NCBI GenBank assembly: GCA_963662545.2
Contig: CAXXLL010000003.1
Span: forward strand, 896,001 to 960,000
DNA length: 64,000 nt
Reading direction: 5' to 3'
Source of the DNA: Gammaproteobacteria bacterium
Lineage (GTDB): Bacteria; Pseudomonadota; Gammaproteobacteria; Ga0077536
How positions within the stretch are numbered: position 1 is the stretch's first letter; every line of letters begins with the position of its first letter. Both the position numbers and the translations under genes were made by a program. Under the pieces are notes generated by a model. The model ran no database searches and was not told where the DNA came from. It saw only the letters and a list, made by a program, of their open reading frames with translations. This document shows positions 19,020 to 28,618 of this stretch, piece by piece.

Positions 19020-20372
19020 CTGAAGGCTCCCCACGAATTGAAGGAGAATTCACATAAAAAATAGCCATTTAGAAAAATAAATAGCGAACAATAGGGAACA
19101 TGCATGACGTTCGGTGATCAATAACGGTGACGAAACCAAATTGGTCACGGGAGAACGCCATGCATGCACTGAGATTGTTGCACAAAATAATGGGGCAAGC
19201 CTGTCCGCAGATACACGCGGTAAGGCTAACGGCATTGATGGCGAGCGTTGAGGCCCTTTTGGTCGGCCGTCAGATGAGCTTAGCCGGTCTTGGTCGCGCC
19301 TTGCTGTCGGGGGCGCGAGTCAAACACAACATCAAGCGAGTCGACCGGTTAATTGGCAACCGTCATCTGTGGGGAGAACGAACGGAACTCTATGGGGCGA
19401 TGGCGGGGCTGGTGCTTGGACAAGGACCACGTCCGGTAATTATTCTGGACTGGTCGGATATGCGCGAAGATCGGTCATGGCAGTTGTTGCGTGCGGCGGT
19501 TCCGGTGGGAGGCCGTTCACTGACGCTCTACGAAGAAGTACATCCCTTGTCGGCGTATGACAACCGGGGTGTCAGGAAACGGTTTCTGGAGCGTCTTCGA
19601 GAGATCTTACCACCGGGGTGTCGCCCGCTCTTAGTCACGGATGCCGGCTTCCGGACGACTTGGTTTAGACAGGTCGAAGCAATGGGTTGGGACTGGGTCG
19701 GTCGGGTCCGCGGGCGCACCCATTTCCGGCTGGACAACCAGGCAAGCTGGCAACCGTGCCGGACGTTGCATGCGATGGCCAACTCACGTGTGCGGCATAT
19801 CGGGACAGTCGAACTAACGGTATCGAATCCATTGGCCTGTGACCTGTACCTGGTGAAGAAGAAAAAGCGTGGCCGTCAACAACTGACCTGCCGCGGCACG
19901 CGTGCCCGTGGTGGCCGCAGCCTTAGCTGTGAACGACGCCAGCGCGAACCCTGGATATTGGTCACCTCACTGGGGTCGCGCGCGGCCCAGCAGGTGATGC
20001 GGTGTTATCAGTTGCGCATGCAGATTGAGGAGAGTTTCCGGGATATGAAAAATGCCCGTTTGGGACTGCACTTCCGCAGCGCGCGTTCCAACAGCGCCGA
20101 GCGGCTCTCGATCCTCGTCCTGATTGGTACGTTGGCAACATTAGTCGCTTGGTTAGTCGGCCAAGCGATGCAGCGTTTCGGGCTGCAGCGCCATTACCAG
20201 GCCAATACAACCCGGCATCGGCCGGTACTCTCCACCGTCTTTCTGGGCTTGCAAAGTTTTTGCAGGCAACCCGTAAAGCTTATGCTGGCAGACATCAAGC
20301 AATCGATTATCGCCTTACACCAAAATACCGCAAACCCGTTGCGTTATGCGTAAGTTCGTGGGGATCCTTCAG
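19020..20372 (+). mobile_element. IS4 family (IS10-like) element
   Basis: TIRs CTGAAGGCTCCCCACGAA / TTCGTGGGGATCCTTCAG; 9-bp TSD AATCTGTCC. Confidence 0.92.
19160..20353 (+). CDS. IS4-family DDE transposase
   Basis: LDWSD, DAGF, YQLRMQIEESFRDMK; homologous to 2112-3302. Confidence 0.93.
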   Translation: MHALRLLHKIMGQACPQIHAVRLTALMASVEALLVGRQMSLAGLGRALLSGARVKHNIKRVDRLIGNRHLWGERTELYGAMAGLVLGQGPRPVIILDWSDMREDRSWQLLRAAVPVGGRSLTLYEEVHPLSAYDNRGVRKRFLERLREILPPGCRPLLVTDAGFRTTWFRQVEAMGWDWVGRVRGRTHFRLDNQASWQPCRTLHAMANSRVRHIGTVELTVSNPLACDLYLVKKKKRGRQQLTCRGTRARGGRSLSCERRQREPWILVTSLGSRAAQQVMRCYQLRMQIEESFRDMKNARLGLHFRSARSNSAERLSILVLIGTLATLVAWLVGQAMQRFGLQRHYQANTTRHRPVLSTVFLGLQSFCRQPVKLMLADIKQSIIALHQNTANPLRYA

Positions 20373-20507
20373 AATCTGTCCCCTTTGGCAGAGAGCCGAA
20401 GTTGCCGCCGCCGCTCACTGTTACGTAAGTCGAGTGACCGCTTACAAGCGCATTGCAGACGTAATCTAGGGCGGTGCTGCACTGCCGCGATTAGGCCGCT
20501 GACGACC

Positions 20508-22192
20508 CAGAGTGTGTGAAAACTCGGAATGAAGAGGAATCACGTCGAGAACTCCTCGTCAGACGCAACGCGGCGCGGTTACGACGGCCGCGCTCGCGGT
20601 CCAATGCGATCGGTTAGTTAATGGAACATTCCTTAGAACGGCCCCAGAAGCCGGCAGTGAAGCCGTGGATCAGGGAGTTTTCGAGGCCACAGAGGGTCTC
20701 ATGCCGTCATCGCTTCGATGAGCGTAGCGACACCCAGTAGATTCATCACGCGTTTCATGTTGTAAGCGAGCACGTGCAGACTCATTTCCGTACCAACGTG
20801 TTTCAGCGTGCGCATCTGGAAGTGGGTCGAACCCATCCAGGATTTGATCGTGCCAAATGGATGCTCGACCGTCTCTCGGCGGACACGCATAGGGTCAGGT
20901 TCACGATCCAATCGCGCCTGCACCGCTTCAACAACCGCTTCATGTTCCCAACGGCTGACGCGCCGGTATCGACCCGTTGTGCATTTAGATTTGATCGGGC
21001 AGCGGGGACACGCCGAACTCCAGTAGCGCCGGATCTGCTTGCCTTTCTCCACTCGGGTGAACCGGTAAATCAGTCGCTCACCGGCCGGGCATTCATACGC
21101 ATCCTCTTCGGGTTGGTAAATGAAGTCGCGCTTGCCAAACAAGCCCTTCGCCTGGTTACCCGAGGTCTGCGGTTTCGGCAGATAGGTCGTGATGCCGGCT
21201 TTAGCGCACGCCAAGATCTCTTCGCCACTGAAGTACCCGCGATCCGCAACGACGGTCAACTCCTTCTTATCCAGCGCCTCTTTGGCTTTCTCCGACATGT
21301 TCGACAGTTGCGCCCGGTCATGACCTACGTTCGTCACTTCATGTGCCACAATCAGATGACTCTTCGTGTCGACCGCCGTCTGCACGTTGTACCCCACCAT
21401 GCCGCTGCCACGGCCGCTCGTCGCCATCGAGCGCGCGTCCGGGTCCGTCAGTGAGACCTGATGGTCCGGCGTCTCCTCGAGCCGTACCTCGAGCTTTTTT
21501 AGGCGGCCTATCTCTTCCTTCAGTACCTCGATCTTGTCCTTCAAACGCTGCGACTTGTCACCTGACACCGCACGCTCCTGGCGGTCGGCACTTGCAATTT
21601 CCGCCAGGTACCGCTCAACGCTCTCGTCAATCTGCTGCAACCGACGTTTCAGCTTCGCCTTCGTGAAGTTCCGGTCACGGTTGTTTACCGCTTTGAACTT
21701 GCTGCCATCTATCGCCACGAAGGCTTCCGAAAACAGCTGCAGCTTACGGCACAGCATCACGAACTCCCGGCATACCAGACGAATGGCGTCACCGTTATCT
21801 TTGCGGAAATCGGCAATGGTCTTGAAATCAGGCGCCAGACGACCCGTCAGCCACATCAGTTCCACGTTCCGCTGCGCCTCCCGTTCCAGGCGACGGCTCG
21901 ATTGAACCCGGTTCAGGTAACCGTAGATATAGAGCTTCAGCATCGTCGCCGGGTGATACCCCGGTCGACCCGTCTCATGCGCATCGGTTCTGAAACTCAG
22001 ACCTGACAGATCCAACTCATCGACGAACACATCGATGACCCGCACCGCACTCTCCTCAGCGACATAATCGTCCAGACACTCGGGAAACAGCGTTGTTTGG
22101 CGGCGGTCCGCGCCTTCAATGAACCCGCTCATCAACGACTCCCCAGGACCGAAAGAGTGATCTTATCTGATGCAGAGTTTTCACACACTCTG
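20508..22192 (-). mobile_element. IS1182-family element copy 3 (1685 bp)
   Basis: Same TIRs, TSD GACC. Confidence 0.95.
20699..22135 (-). CDS. IS1182-family transposase
   Basis: Same 478-aa protein as copies 1 and 2. Confidence 0.95.
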   Translation of the reverse strand: MMSGFIEGADRRQTTLFPECLDDYVAEESAVRVIDVFVDELDLSGLSFRTDAHETGRPGYHPATMLKLYIYGYLNRVQSSRRLEREAQRNVELMWLTGRLAPDFKTIADFRKDNGDAIRLVCREFVMLCRKLQLFSEAFVAIDGSKFKAVNNRDRNFTKAKLKRRLQQIDESVERYLAEIASADRQERAVSGDKSQRLKDKIEVLKEEIGRLKKLEVRLEETPDHQVSLTDPDARSMATSGRGSGMVGYNVQTAVDTKSHLIVAHEVTNVGHDRAQLSNMSEKAKEALDKKELTVVADRGYFSGEEILACAKAGITTYLPKPQTSGNQAKGLFGKRDFIYQPEEDAYECPAGERLIYRFTRVEKGKQIRRYWSSACPRCPIKSKCTTGRYRRVSRWEHEAVVEAVQARLDREPDPMRVRRETVEHPFGTIKSWMGSTHFQMRTLKHVGTEMSLHVLAYNMKRVMNLLGVATLIEAMTA

Positions 22193-22330
22193 GACCCACA
22201 GCGGACATTAACGATATTGGATATATCGCTATATGGGGATCAGGTCCCGTATGCGTCTTTATAAGTCCGTAGGCTGGCAAAAGCACTCCATAATTGTTGG
22301 AGTGTAAGACTTGATCCCAATCTAACTTCT

Positions 22331-22945
22331 CTACAGCAAAAACGGAATAATCATCGCTGCCACGATTATCATGAATGGCAGTCCGATCCATATGATTTTG
22401 GCGAACACTCCCGCATTTGATGGTTTTGGCCAATCCTTATCCATAAATCCAAAGTAAACCCCATACCCCTCACGCCACTCTAAACTCCATAGAAGGCCAG
22501 CGCATACGTATAGAACCCCTGACGCAAAAATGTTCGGGAGCCAAGTAAAAGGGTACTCGCCATCGCGAAGTACCAAATACCCATCGTACGACCAACTTGC
22601 AGAAAACATCCAGACACAAATTGCGACGTACAGGACTTCCCAGTTCCTATGATGACGAAACGTCCGGTATACGATTCCAACAGTCCACGGTGCCGTCGTA
22701 TACGCCAGGATGGACATAAAAGCTGCATCGATGTAATCCCAAGTGGGATCGCCCGTGTACGGCGCAATCACCGTCAATGAAACTGAAGAAATCAGAAAGG
22801 TGACGAGCTTCCAGCGCTGGAACAGCATAAGCCAGTATTCGTGGTCGAAGAGCTCGATATCTCTTCGCCGGGTGTACATAAGAGCGCCAGCCGCCACGCA
22901 CGCAGTCAACCAGGCCCCCATGTAGATCTTGAATGCCAGTTCCAT
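22331..22945 (-). CDS. Hypothetical multi-pass membrane protein
   Basis: Several hydrophobic helices, APYTGDPTWD motif; start MELAFK chosen. Confidence 0.75.
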   Translation of the reverse strand: MELAFKIYMGAWLTACVAAGALMYTRRRDIELFDHEYWLMLFQRWKLVTFLISSVSLTVIAPYTGDPTWDYIDAAFMSILAYTTAPWTVGIVYRTFRHHRNWEVLYVAICVWMFSASWSYDGYLVLRDGEYPFTWLPNIFASGVLYVCAGLLWSLEWREGYGVYFGFMDKDWPKPSNAGVFAKIIWIGLPFMIIVAAMIIPFLL

Positions 22946-23159
22946 CCTTGAGATCAGCCTAAAGGTTACGGTGTCATTTGAAAACGGTTCCGATACCAAA
23001 GGTTCGGAAAAGCCTCGTGATTTGACGGAATGTGAGAACAAACCTCAAATTCTCTGAGAAACTTGTTGGGGTGACTCGTAATATGAATCTGTTGAATGAG
23101 TTTGATCAAAGCCCGTCGCCGGCAATTGATGAACAGATTTGCGGATTTCCTAGCAGTAC

Positions 23160-23468
23160 ATGGCGGCTTTTAGCCGAGAGCCGTCCTGCTCAGCTAACGT
23201 ACCACCGAACGCTACGGGACGACCGCTTACGAGCACATTGCAGACGTAATCCTTACCTGTGTTGCACTGCCGCGATGAGTCGGCTCACGACCCAGACTGT
23301 GTGAAAACTATTTTCATTTTTCAAAAGTGGGGGAACTACCCTCGAAATTGGATCTAATTGAAATGCCGATCCCTATTCGAGGGGCATAACAACTATGCTG
23401 GTGGGGAATATTTTTATTTCGTCGTCGTATTTTTGAGTTTTCACACAGTCTGGACCCGAAGGAGACAC
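23160..23468 (+). repeat. Array repeat copy 9 (MITE-2 in C)
   Basis: A 23162, B 23221, C 23279. Confidence 0.9.
23293..23452. mobile_element. MITE-2 copy 2
   Basis: Near-identical to 8544-8703; GACC TSD. Confidence 0.9.
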
Positions 23469-23641
23469 TGGCGAAAATCGAATAACCCATCCTGACAGTT
23501 TCGAGTAGGGGAAAGTTAGCTGCGAGCGTAATGTGGCAATGCAAGACTCCCCCCATTTATTAATTTCGATCGGGTGAGTTCCACAGAAGGGTAGACCGCC
23601 GGAAAAGGGTTAAGTCACTGTTTCAGAGACGATTAGCGCTT

Positions 23642-23870
23642 TGTCAAGATTCTTTACACTCCGAATTTTCCGGCCCGATTTTCGCTAAGGCTTTGTAGTT
23701 ATTAGGGTCCCTACCCTGATTCCCCGCTAATCTCGGTGATTTGGCCCCGAAATAGGCTGAAAAGTGTCAAGAAATTTTACAAATCCCGGTAGTTTTTCCA
23801 CACCGTACTGGGGACGTATGTCGCAATGCTTTGTAATTGATGCATATTATTTATCTGGCACAAAACATGC
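23642..23870 (+). promoter_or_regulatory. Two TGT-N11-ACA enhancer boxes plus sigma54 promoter (PEP-CTERM/PrsR-type)
   Basis: TGTCAAGATTCTTTACA (23642), TGTCAAGAAATTTTACA (23765), TGGCACAAAACATGC with GG-N10-GC (23856). Confidence 0.75.
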
Positions 23871-23930
23871 GTGAATTCTCTGCTGGACTGAGCGTATGTC
23901 ACTTACGCGCAGTAGGCGGAGGGGAATGCC

Positions 23931-24650
23931 ATGACCGACAAGGACGCAGGGAACAAACCCGGCCACGATAGAACCAGCGAGATAACACTAGAGACTGGTG
24001 GCGACCCTGCTGGTGAACGCCAGAAAACCTTCAGCCGACGAGCGCTGCTCGAAGCCGGTTGGAGCGTGCCGCTGATTGCGGCGGTGCAGTTTCCGAGCGA
24101 TGCGTTCGCGGTGTCGGTACCGACCCATGCCGACTCCCCGGACCACAGCGATACTTTCCCGCACGAGGATAGCGCGAACCCGCATCAAGACACCAATCAC
24201 AGCGACGGTTTTGCTCATAACGACAGCGGCGACCCGCACCAAGATTCACACCAGGATGGAGCGGTGGTTCACGTCGACGATGTGGTGCCGCACAATGATT
24301 TTTTCAGTCCGCACGATGATGATTCGGCATTTGGTACGCACGACGACGAGGGCGGACACTTCGATATTCAACACAGCGATAGCCCGACCCACATTGATTC
24401 TTTCAGTCCGCACGATGACGATTCGGGATTTGGTACGCACGACGACGGGGGCAGACACTTCGATAAAACCCACGGAGATATCCCACCGCCTCACATTGAT
24501 CGTTTAACCCTAGATGATGATGAGCACGACGACACGCCTCCCACACACGATGACAATCCCCACGCCGATGTAGCTCAGCATGACGATATAGCAGCGCCCC
24601 ACTACGACAACGGACCGCACGACGACACGGACCATGGGGATGGGCCGTAG
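23931..24650 (+). CDS. Tat-signal His-x-Asp repeat protein
   Basis: GGAGG RBS; SRRALL...WSVP...AFA leader; 27 HxD motifs. Confidence 0.85.
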   Translation: MTDKDAGNKPGHDRTSEITLETGGDPAGERQKTFSRRALLEAGWSVPLIAAVQFPSDAFAVSVPTHADSPDHSDTFPHEDSANPHQDTNHSDGFAHNDSGDPHQDSHQDGAVVHVDDVVPHNDFFSPHDDDSAFGTHDDEGGHFDIQHSDSPTHIDSFSPHDDDSGFGTHDDGGRHFDKTHGDIPPPHIDRLTLDDDEHDDTPPTHDDNPHADVAQHDDIAAPHYDNGPHDDTDHGDGP

Positions 24651-24660
24651 GGGCCCGCCG

Positions 24661-24729
24661 CATGCCGAGACCACCACATTCGCACTAATGGGCTTAGCAC
24701 TTACAGCATTGGGCTTCCGAAGCCGATAA
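24661..24729 (+). pseudogene. Orphan PEP-CTERM tail
   Basis: AETTTFALMGLALTALGFRSR*, out of frame with the HxD gene. Confidence 0.55.
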
Positions 24730-24764
24730 GCACCATAACGCTACCAATTCATCTATCAGATTAC

Positions 24765-24795
24765 GAAGCCCCGCCTCAGTGCGGGGTTTTTATTT
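24765..24795 (+). terminator. Rho-independent terminator
   Basis: GAAGCCCCGC-CTCAGT-GCGGGGTTTT-TATTT. Confidence 0.8.
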
Positions 24796-25181
24796 GCGAT
24801 TCGCATGTCGGCTAATGTTAAGGGTTGTCAGATGCCTGCCGTAGACAGTGGACGGACTGGGTCGAGAGGGTGGGGGCAGGCGTCTGACAAGCCTCAAGGG
24901 AGGAAACCGCGGGAGAAGAACGCCGGCGCGTTGGTCGGCACGGTGCTATGGGGATTTGAGGGTGGCGTTGTTCGGATTGATATGATCGGTAGCCAACGGC
25001 AAGCGGTGTGTCGGGCAAGAACGGGTCAGCGTGCAATGAGGTGGGTGGGTGACCGGACGTTGAGGAGCGGGATCGGTACCGCTATGTGGTTTCGTCACGG
25101 CGCCAAGCAAGACGGTAACGTTGCCGGTGGTAAAGCGGCGATTTGTGGGCTGGTGGGCTGGCGAGTTCGAACGGTCGAGGG

Positions 25182-26375
25182 TCAAGGTGGGTCGCCTCCG
25201 CGGTGCGGTGGTGCACAGGGCGCGTGACCGGGCTCGAAGGTGTCGATGATGTGCATCGCACCTCCACAGGACGGACAGCGTAGCCAGTCGGGTGTCGCCT
25301 CATCAGTGTTGTCGTTGTCGTTGACATCTTGGGGTGTCTCGATGCCGAGCAGAGCGCGGACCTTTGCGAGGTTCTCGGTGCGCCCGCCGTTTGCGAACAA
25401 CCCGTAATGGCGAATGCGATGGAAGCCGTGGGGTAGGACGTGGATGAGGAAGCGGCGGATGAACTCGCCGGTCTCGAGCGACAGGGTCTTGTAGCGGTTC
25501 TCCTGCTGGGCGCGATAGTCCTTCCACTTGAAGCTCACGCGTTGTTGGTCGAAGGTGATGAGACGCGAGTTAGCGATGGCGACGCGGTGGGTATATCGGG
25601 CGAGGTATTCGAGCACCGCGGCGGGTCCGGCGAAGGGCGGGCGGGCATCAACGACCCACTCGCGTTTACGCAACGCAGTGAGGAACTCGGCGAAGGCGTG
25701 CGGGTCTTCGAGTCCCTGGTATTGGCCGAAGAAGGCCAACTGTCCGCCCGCGTGGAGTTCACCCAGTTGGCCGAGGAACAGGCGTCGGAACAACCGCGAG
25801 AGCACCCGCACCGGTAAGAAGAAGTTGGGCCGACAGGCGAGCCAACGCACGCCGTCGAGCGAGAGCCCGCCGCCAGGCACGATGCAGTGCAGATGGGGAT
25901 GATGGGTCATGGCCGAGCCCCAGGTATGCAGCACGGCGGTGAGCCCCAGGCGTGCCCCGAGGTGTTTGGGATCGGCCCCGATGGTGAGCAAGGTCTCGGC
26001 GGCGGCTTTGAACAAGAGGTTGTAGATAACGGCCTTGTTCTGATAGGCGAGGTTGCCGATCTCTGCCGGCACCGTGAACACGACGTGGAAGTACGCGACC
26101 GGTAGCAGCTCGGCTTCGCGCGCGGCAAGCCATTGCCTGGCCACTGCGCCCTGGCACTTCGGGCAGTGCCTGTTACGGCAGGAGTTGTAGGCGATCTCGA
26201 TGTGGTCACAGGCGTCGCAGTGCACAACGTGGCCGCCGAGCGCTGCGCTACGACAGCGCTCGATGGCCGACATGACCTTCAGCTGCCCGAGACTGAGGTG
26301 TCCGGCGTGCGCATGACGCCAAGCCGGACCGTAGGCGCGGAAGATATCCGCGACCTCGAGCGGTTGCCGAGACAC
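25182..26375 (-). CDS. IS91-family rolling-circle transposase
   Basis: Zn motif SCRNRHCPKC, HPHLH (HUH), YLARYTHR, RIRHYG. Confidence 0.93.
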   Translation of the reverse strand: MSRQPLEVADIFRAYGPAWRHAHAGHLSLGQLKVMSAIERCRSAALGGHVVHCDACDHIEIAYNSCRNRHCPKCQGAVARQWLAAREAELLPVAYFHVVFTVPAEIGNLAYQNKAVIYNLLFKAAAETLLTIGADPKHLGARLGLTAVLHTWGSAMTHHPHLHCIVPGGGLSLDGVRWLACRPNFFLPVRVLSRLFRRLFLGQLGELHAGGQLAFFGQYQGLEDPHAFAEFLTALRKREWVVDARPPFAGPAAVLEYLARYTHRVAIANSRLITFDQQRVSFKWKDYRAQQENRYKTLSLETGEFIRRFLIHVLPHGFHRIRHYGLFANGGRTENLAKVRALLGIETPQDVNDNDNTDEATPDWLRCPSCGGAMHIIDTFEPGHAPCAPPHRGGDPP

Positions 26376-26388
26376 CTCACCCGCCGGG

Positions 26389-27279
26389 TCAGGCGGGCGG
26401 TCTCAACTCCAGGGTGAGATGTTCCAGTGGGCTCACGACCTCACGAAGCGTGCGCGTGGCGACCTGGGAGTACAGCGCGGTGGTCTCGAGCTTCTGGTGT
26501 CCGAGCAGCACCTGGATCACACGGATGTCGACCCCCTGCTCAAGTAAATGAGTTGCGAATGAATGGCGCAGCGTATGCAGCGACACGCGCTTATCGATGG
26601 TCGCTAGGTCCACCGCCGCATGACAGGCCCGGTTGAGCTGGCGGGTGGTCAGAGGGTTGACGGGGTTCTGCCCCGGGAACAGCCAGCCGTGGGGCCACAT
26701 CTTGCCCTGCGATGCAGCGCTGCGGTACCAGGTGCGCAACACCTTGAGCAAGGTCGGTGAGAGCATAGCGTAGCGGTCCTTGCGTCCCTTACCCTGCTCG
26801 ACGCGCAGGAGCTTGCGCTCACGGTCAATATCGGTGACTTTCAGCATGACTCCCTCGCCGGCGCGAAGGCCGGCGCCATAGGCGAGCGACAACGCCGCCT
26901 GGTACTTGATGCCGGGCGCGGCTTGTAACAGGCGCGCAACTTCCTCACCGCTCAAGACCACCGGGAGCTTACGTTCCACGTGCACGGTACTCATCCGTTT
27001 CATCGCATCGGGCCGCTCGAGGGAGATCTCAAAGAAAAAGTGCAAACCGGTGATGGTGGCGTTGATGGTCGTGCGAGACACGCCGGTGGAGACCATGTGA
27101 AGTTGATAACGCCGCAGGTCTTCGCTACCGGCGGTGTCGGGAGAACGGGCGAGAAAGCGGGTGAAATTCTTGACCGCACGGATATAGGCTGTCTGTGTTT
27201 TCTCAGAGAGCTTACGAAGGCGCATGTCGTCGTGCATGCGTTGACGCAACGGGCTGATAGAATGCTTGTTCTGGGTCAT
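26389..27279 (-). CDS. Tyrosine recombinase with N-terminal SAM-like domain
   Basis: AGLR, KGRKDR, HTLRHSFATHLLE, LLGH, TTALY; no visible integron-integrase-specific insert. Confidence 0.93.
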   Translation of the reverse strand: MTQNKHSISPLRQRMHDDMRLRKLSEKTQTAYIRAVKNFTRFLARSPDTAGSEDLRRYQLHMVSTGVSRTTINATITGLHFFFEISLERPDAMKRMSTVHVERKLPVVLSGEEVARLLQAAPGIKYQAALSLAYGAGLRAGEGVMLKVTDIDRERKLLRVEQGKGRKDRYAMLSPTLLKVLRTWYRSAASQGKMWPHGWLFPGQNPVNPLTTRQLNRACHAAVDLATIDKRVSLHTLRHSFATHLLEQGVDIRVIQVLLGHQKLETTALYSQVATRTLREVVSPLEHLTLELRPPA

Positions 27280-27402
27280 GGGTCTGTTCCTTGTGTTGAG
27301 TTGCATGTCGCAAACCAACATCAACACGGGACAGACCCTTCCCGTCAATCCATCGCTAACGCCTGGTGAAACCTCCCCCTACCGCGCGAGCGGTTTAGTC
27401 CC

Positions 27403-27494
27403 TTGGCCGTAAGCCGTCATGGTCAAGTGTGGGATTCGCATCGTCGGTGATGGCTGCTTTCGGGTAAAGCGGACGTGGGCTATATCGACGCTTC
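27403..27494 (+). repeat. Array repeat copy 10 (two-subsite variant; left arm of A at 24805)
   Basis: TTGGCCGTAAGCCGTC, then GGCTGCT-TTCGGGTAA-AGCGGAC and tail GTGGGCTATATCGACGCTTC. Confidence 0.8.
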
Positions 27495-27935
27495 TTATTC
27501 CTCTTTCACACCCTCCGGCCATAGCGCCTTACCCAATATGGTCATCGTTACAGCATTCCCAATGAGAACAAACATGAACATTGTTGTCGATTCTAACGGC
27601 GCTGCTTCGGCTCCTCTCACACATATCCAGTAGCCGAGTGTTACTCCGTACAGGTTGCCGACACCTACGCAAACGCGTAGATAGGCTTTTTAGCGTTTGT
27701 CCATAACGGCCCCTTTTGGGAGAGACTATAGACACGGCTCAGATATGGGCGGCACGGTATTGGAGGACATGGCGGAGAAAGTTTAAGGGGATGGCCAAAA
27801 AAGGCTGTCACAGTGACAGGCTTTCCGAGTTTGGCATTTCGCATACCCAAGCCTCCCGCTGAATGCAAATAGCCAAGGTGCCGGAGAAGCCACAGCCAAA
27901 ACTGTGTAGTATTAATACACGATTCGGCATTAACT

Positions 27936-28265
27936 CTATCGCAGCGTTTGACGGTATATGTATAGCGGCCCCGAGCTTCTTATGAAGCCTATCCCGCATT
28001 CATAATCACCTTGGCGTAAGTTCGGATCTCCGTGCTTTGCCGCCCTCTGGTATACCCACTCCCGGCATTCCTCGAGGCTTCCTAAATCGGGCTGCCTTTC
28101 ATAATCGGTCAGGTTTGCGGCATCGGGATAGTAAGTCGCGTCAATGTCTTCCCACGGCGCTGCGGCTTCCGACCAGAACACATTGGCAATATCATTTCCG
28201 GGGCTTCCGAATAAGGCCCATCCCGCCACCCATCCCGCCAATACGGCAAGCACAATCCAGTGCAT
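27936..28265 (-). CDS. Hypothetical membrane-anchored protein
   Basis: N-terminal TM, YYPD, SLEECR, DYECG. Confidence 0.6.
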   Translation of the reverse strand: MHWIVLAVLAGWVAGWALFGSPGNDIANVFWSEAAAPWEDIDATYYPDAANLTDYERQPDLGSLEECREWVYQRAAKHGDPNLRQGDYECGIGFIRSSGPLYIYRQTLR

Positions 28266-28354
28266 TTAATCTTCCCGTCTGGACCGATTATAGGCCGCCA
28301 GTAAGCGCCGTCAGCGGTGAATTGCAAAGTCGGCATTGCACCGGGCGTCAGCAG

Positions 28355-28618
28355 TTACCGGCGCATACGTTCCGCACCAAACACCCGATTGTAGATTTCA
28401 CTTGTCGGCGCCCTCCGTGTCCCCGAGTTATAGTGACCGTGGCGGCTGTTGAGATATCCAACGTATGCGAGGCAGGCCAGCGATTCCAGGGCACACCGGG
28501 AGGCGTGTATACAGTCGTCGCAGGGTGCCGGCGGTACTTTCTTGATGGCGTAAGCGAGCGCCGGCAACAGATCGTCGTATGTTTCTACAGAAAGCTCGCC
28601 GTCGTCCATGTCGCGCAT
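28355..28618 (-). CDS. Hypothetical small Cys-rich protein
   Basis: PCDDC...C...C cluster; start uncertain. Confidence 0.4.
   Translation of the reverse strand: MRDMDDGELSVETYDDLLPALAYAIKKVPPAPCDDCIHASRCALESLACLAYVGYLNSRHGHYNSGTRRAPTSEIYNRVFGAERMRR

Larger units (their letters stand above)
20378..22209 (+). repeat. Array repeat copy 8 (IS1182 in C)
   Basis: B 20436, C 20494; A overlaps the CTGTCCCC motif. Confidence 0.88.
24815..27402 (-). mobile_element. Tyrosine recombinase + IS91-family (Y2/HUH) transposase element inserted in subsite A
   Basis: Flanks ATGTCGGCTA and TTGGCCGTAAGCCGTCAT rejoin into a palindrome; no conventional TSD. Confidence 0.8.

Noticed and set aside
26389-27279. Tyrosine recombinase as integron integrase IntI
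   Set aside because: No visible IntI-specific insertion, and it is coupled to an IS91-type transposase.
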